Source: Seison nebaliae | Taxonomy: Eukaryota | DNA: 64,000 nt | Direction of reading: 5' to 3' | NCBI GenBank assembly: GCA_023231475.1 | Contig: JALJEE010000226.1 | Coordinates: 1-64,000 of the forward strand | Part shown: piece by piece, positions 62,443-64,000 of the stretch | How the letters are laid out: the number at the start of each line of letters is the position of its first letter | Position numbering within the stretch: position 1 is the stretch's first letter | Translations under genes and position numbers: made by a program | Notes under the pieces: generated by a model | Database searches by the model: none | Told to the model about the DNA's origin: nothing | What the model saw: the letters and a program-made list of their open reading frames with translations, nothing else

Positions 62443-63604
62443 TTCGAGTCGAATATCGATTTACATTTTATTCACACTCATTTTATAACAACTTCTGAAA
62501 TTATATTATATTCATTTTCTTATAAATTTCCCATTATATTGAATGAATTAAAAAAGTTAGATGAAATGATTAATATTAATATCATTCCATTCCACTTCAC
62601 TAGTCTTCGTCGATGAGGAATTTGTTGTGATTAATTATTATTAACAATCTCCATTAGATATTAATTTGATATTCGTTAAAAAGGAATTGAGCAGAAGTTC
62701 TTGTATATCTCCTCCTAATTACATAAGAGAAGGATATTATTTTCATATACTTAATATGATTCGTCTATGAGCGGAAGATGATATTTCTGCTTATTTTTAT
62801 ACGTTCCGATCATTTCAATAAGATAATGTAGTCAACTGAATAAACAATGGGAGGATAGTTAAAGAGGAAATGTTCGAAGATTTCGAAGGAATTTCTCAGT
62901 TTTCAATTCCTCCAAATTCTTTCAGTCTATTAACAACTAATTAACCTTGACGTATTTGTCATATTTCTCATTGTTATATTCCCAATGAGAAGTGGGAAAT
63001 AAACCAACTAATTCGAACCGTTAGACGTTAATGGATCGATTCGATTCGAGTAGGCAATCTGGAGAAATTTCCAGATTATTTGAAGTTGGAATAAGGAAAA
63101 TAGCTGATGGGACGTGATTTTTCAATTATTTGCACACAACTGTGTCCCTCACAAAAAATTACCGTTCATTTAACTCTTTCACCTGCTTCAATTACACTCT
63201 TTTCCTCTCCGTTACCGTGAACATACAAAAAATTCATTTGGAATAAAGTAAATTGGACTGGAGCACTTTTGATTTGTAGGAACAATGGACATTATGATTA
63301 TTTGAAGTTGCCTTCAACTGAAGCGAGTAACCTTCAATTAGCATGATGTATGATGAAATTGTTTATTTAATTTTCACAAACTTCGACTTATCGGAAGTTC
63401 CCGCATTCCGATTCTTATGTGGCACCAAAGAAAATATTGAAAATTTTTCAGTATAACTTTTTCCTATTGAATTAGGAGACGGAAACTTGCCTCTGTATGT
63501 GCAGGAGAAGAATAAATGTTCTATTCTTATGATAATTCTAATAGAACATAAGAAAATTCCGTTTCTTCTTGAAATCGTGTAGTACACAATCCTTCGTGTA
63601 TATA

Positions 63605-63634
63605 TGTGTTTGTGTGTGTGTGTGTCGTGTGAGT
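63605..63634. repeat. Imperfect (TG)n microsatellite
   Basis: tgtgtttgtgtgtgtgtgtgtcgtgtgagt. Confidence 0.75.
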
Positions 63635-64000
63635 GCGGGGCAAGTCGCTTATAATATAATTATCGTTCTACTCTGCTGATATAGAGAAATAAGATTGGTC
63701 TATTATTATTTTATTTTGTTGGGAAGGAATGAAAAAGAATAATAAGGAGAAAAATAAACGAAATAAAACGAAAGTTGCAATATCGTCATTGAGCTATTTC
63801 TCACGGTTATATTAATAGGTACCATCACTTACTTCTACGAGGTGTTCGTATATATCACATACGGTTACAGTAACTAACTGAATATTAATTAATTGGAGAA
63901 TGGGAGAATTAATTCGTACGTTACATATCGAAAAATGTAGGGAGCATTATACATCTCTAAAGAGTATTACGGTCATTTAAGTACGTTTATGTTCGTCAAT

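Noticed and set aside
1..64000. Alternative genetic code or non-GT-AG introns as the cause of fragmented ORFs
   Set aside because: All conserved genes reassemble with GT-AG introns and standard stops, apart from the unresolved GPCR 5' end.

Overview
AT-rich nuclear DNA from a compact invertebrate (bilaterian) genome, read in the standard genetic code. I cannot identify the species. Layout: 1-1.1 kb, two families of hairpin/tandem repeats; 1.6-4.2 kb, scrambled LINE reverse-transcriptase remnants; 4.6-9.2 kb, an M6/PLP gene, roadblock and mitochondrial AlaRS; 9.2-23.9 kb, no recognisable genes. From 23.9 to 62.4 kb the genes are densely packed: GPI-type LRR protein, PDF-receptor-like class B GPCR, ILVBL, NUFIP1, Mesh/SUSD2, PI4KB, NT5C2, a cluster of small membrane proteins including a divergent synaptobrevin, hexokinase, REXO4, a hAT remnant, MRTO4, MRPL15 and PGAM5. 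Main signals: (1) 47 of 51 hand-traced introns start GTT instead of the usual GTR, and nearly all are ~40-65 nt, which suggests divergent 5' splice-site recognition; (2) recurrent 88-101 nt U-rich gaps between same-strand genes, resembling operons; (3) a co-oriented cluster of tail-anchored microproteins with an R-SNARE lacking its zero-layer Arg; (4) a hairpin array with structure-preserving substitutions. All gene models and counts were made by eye.
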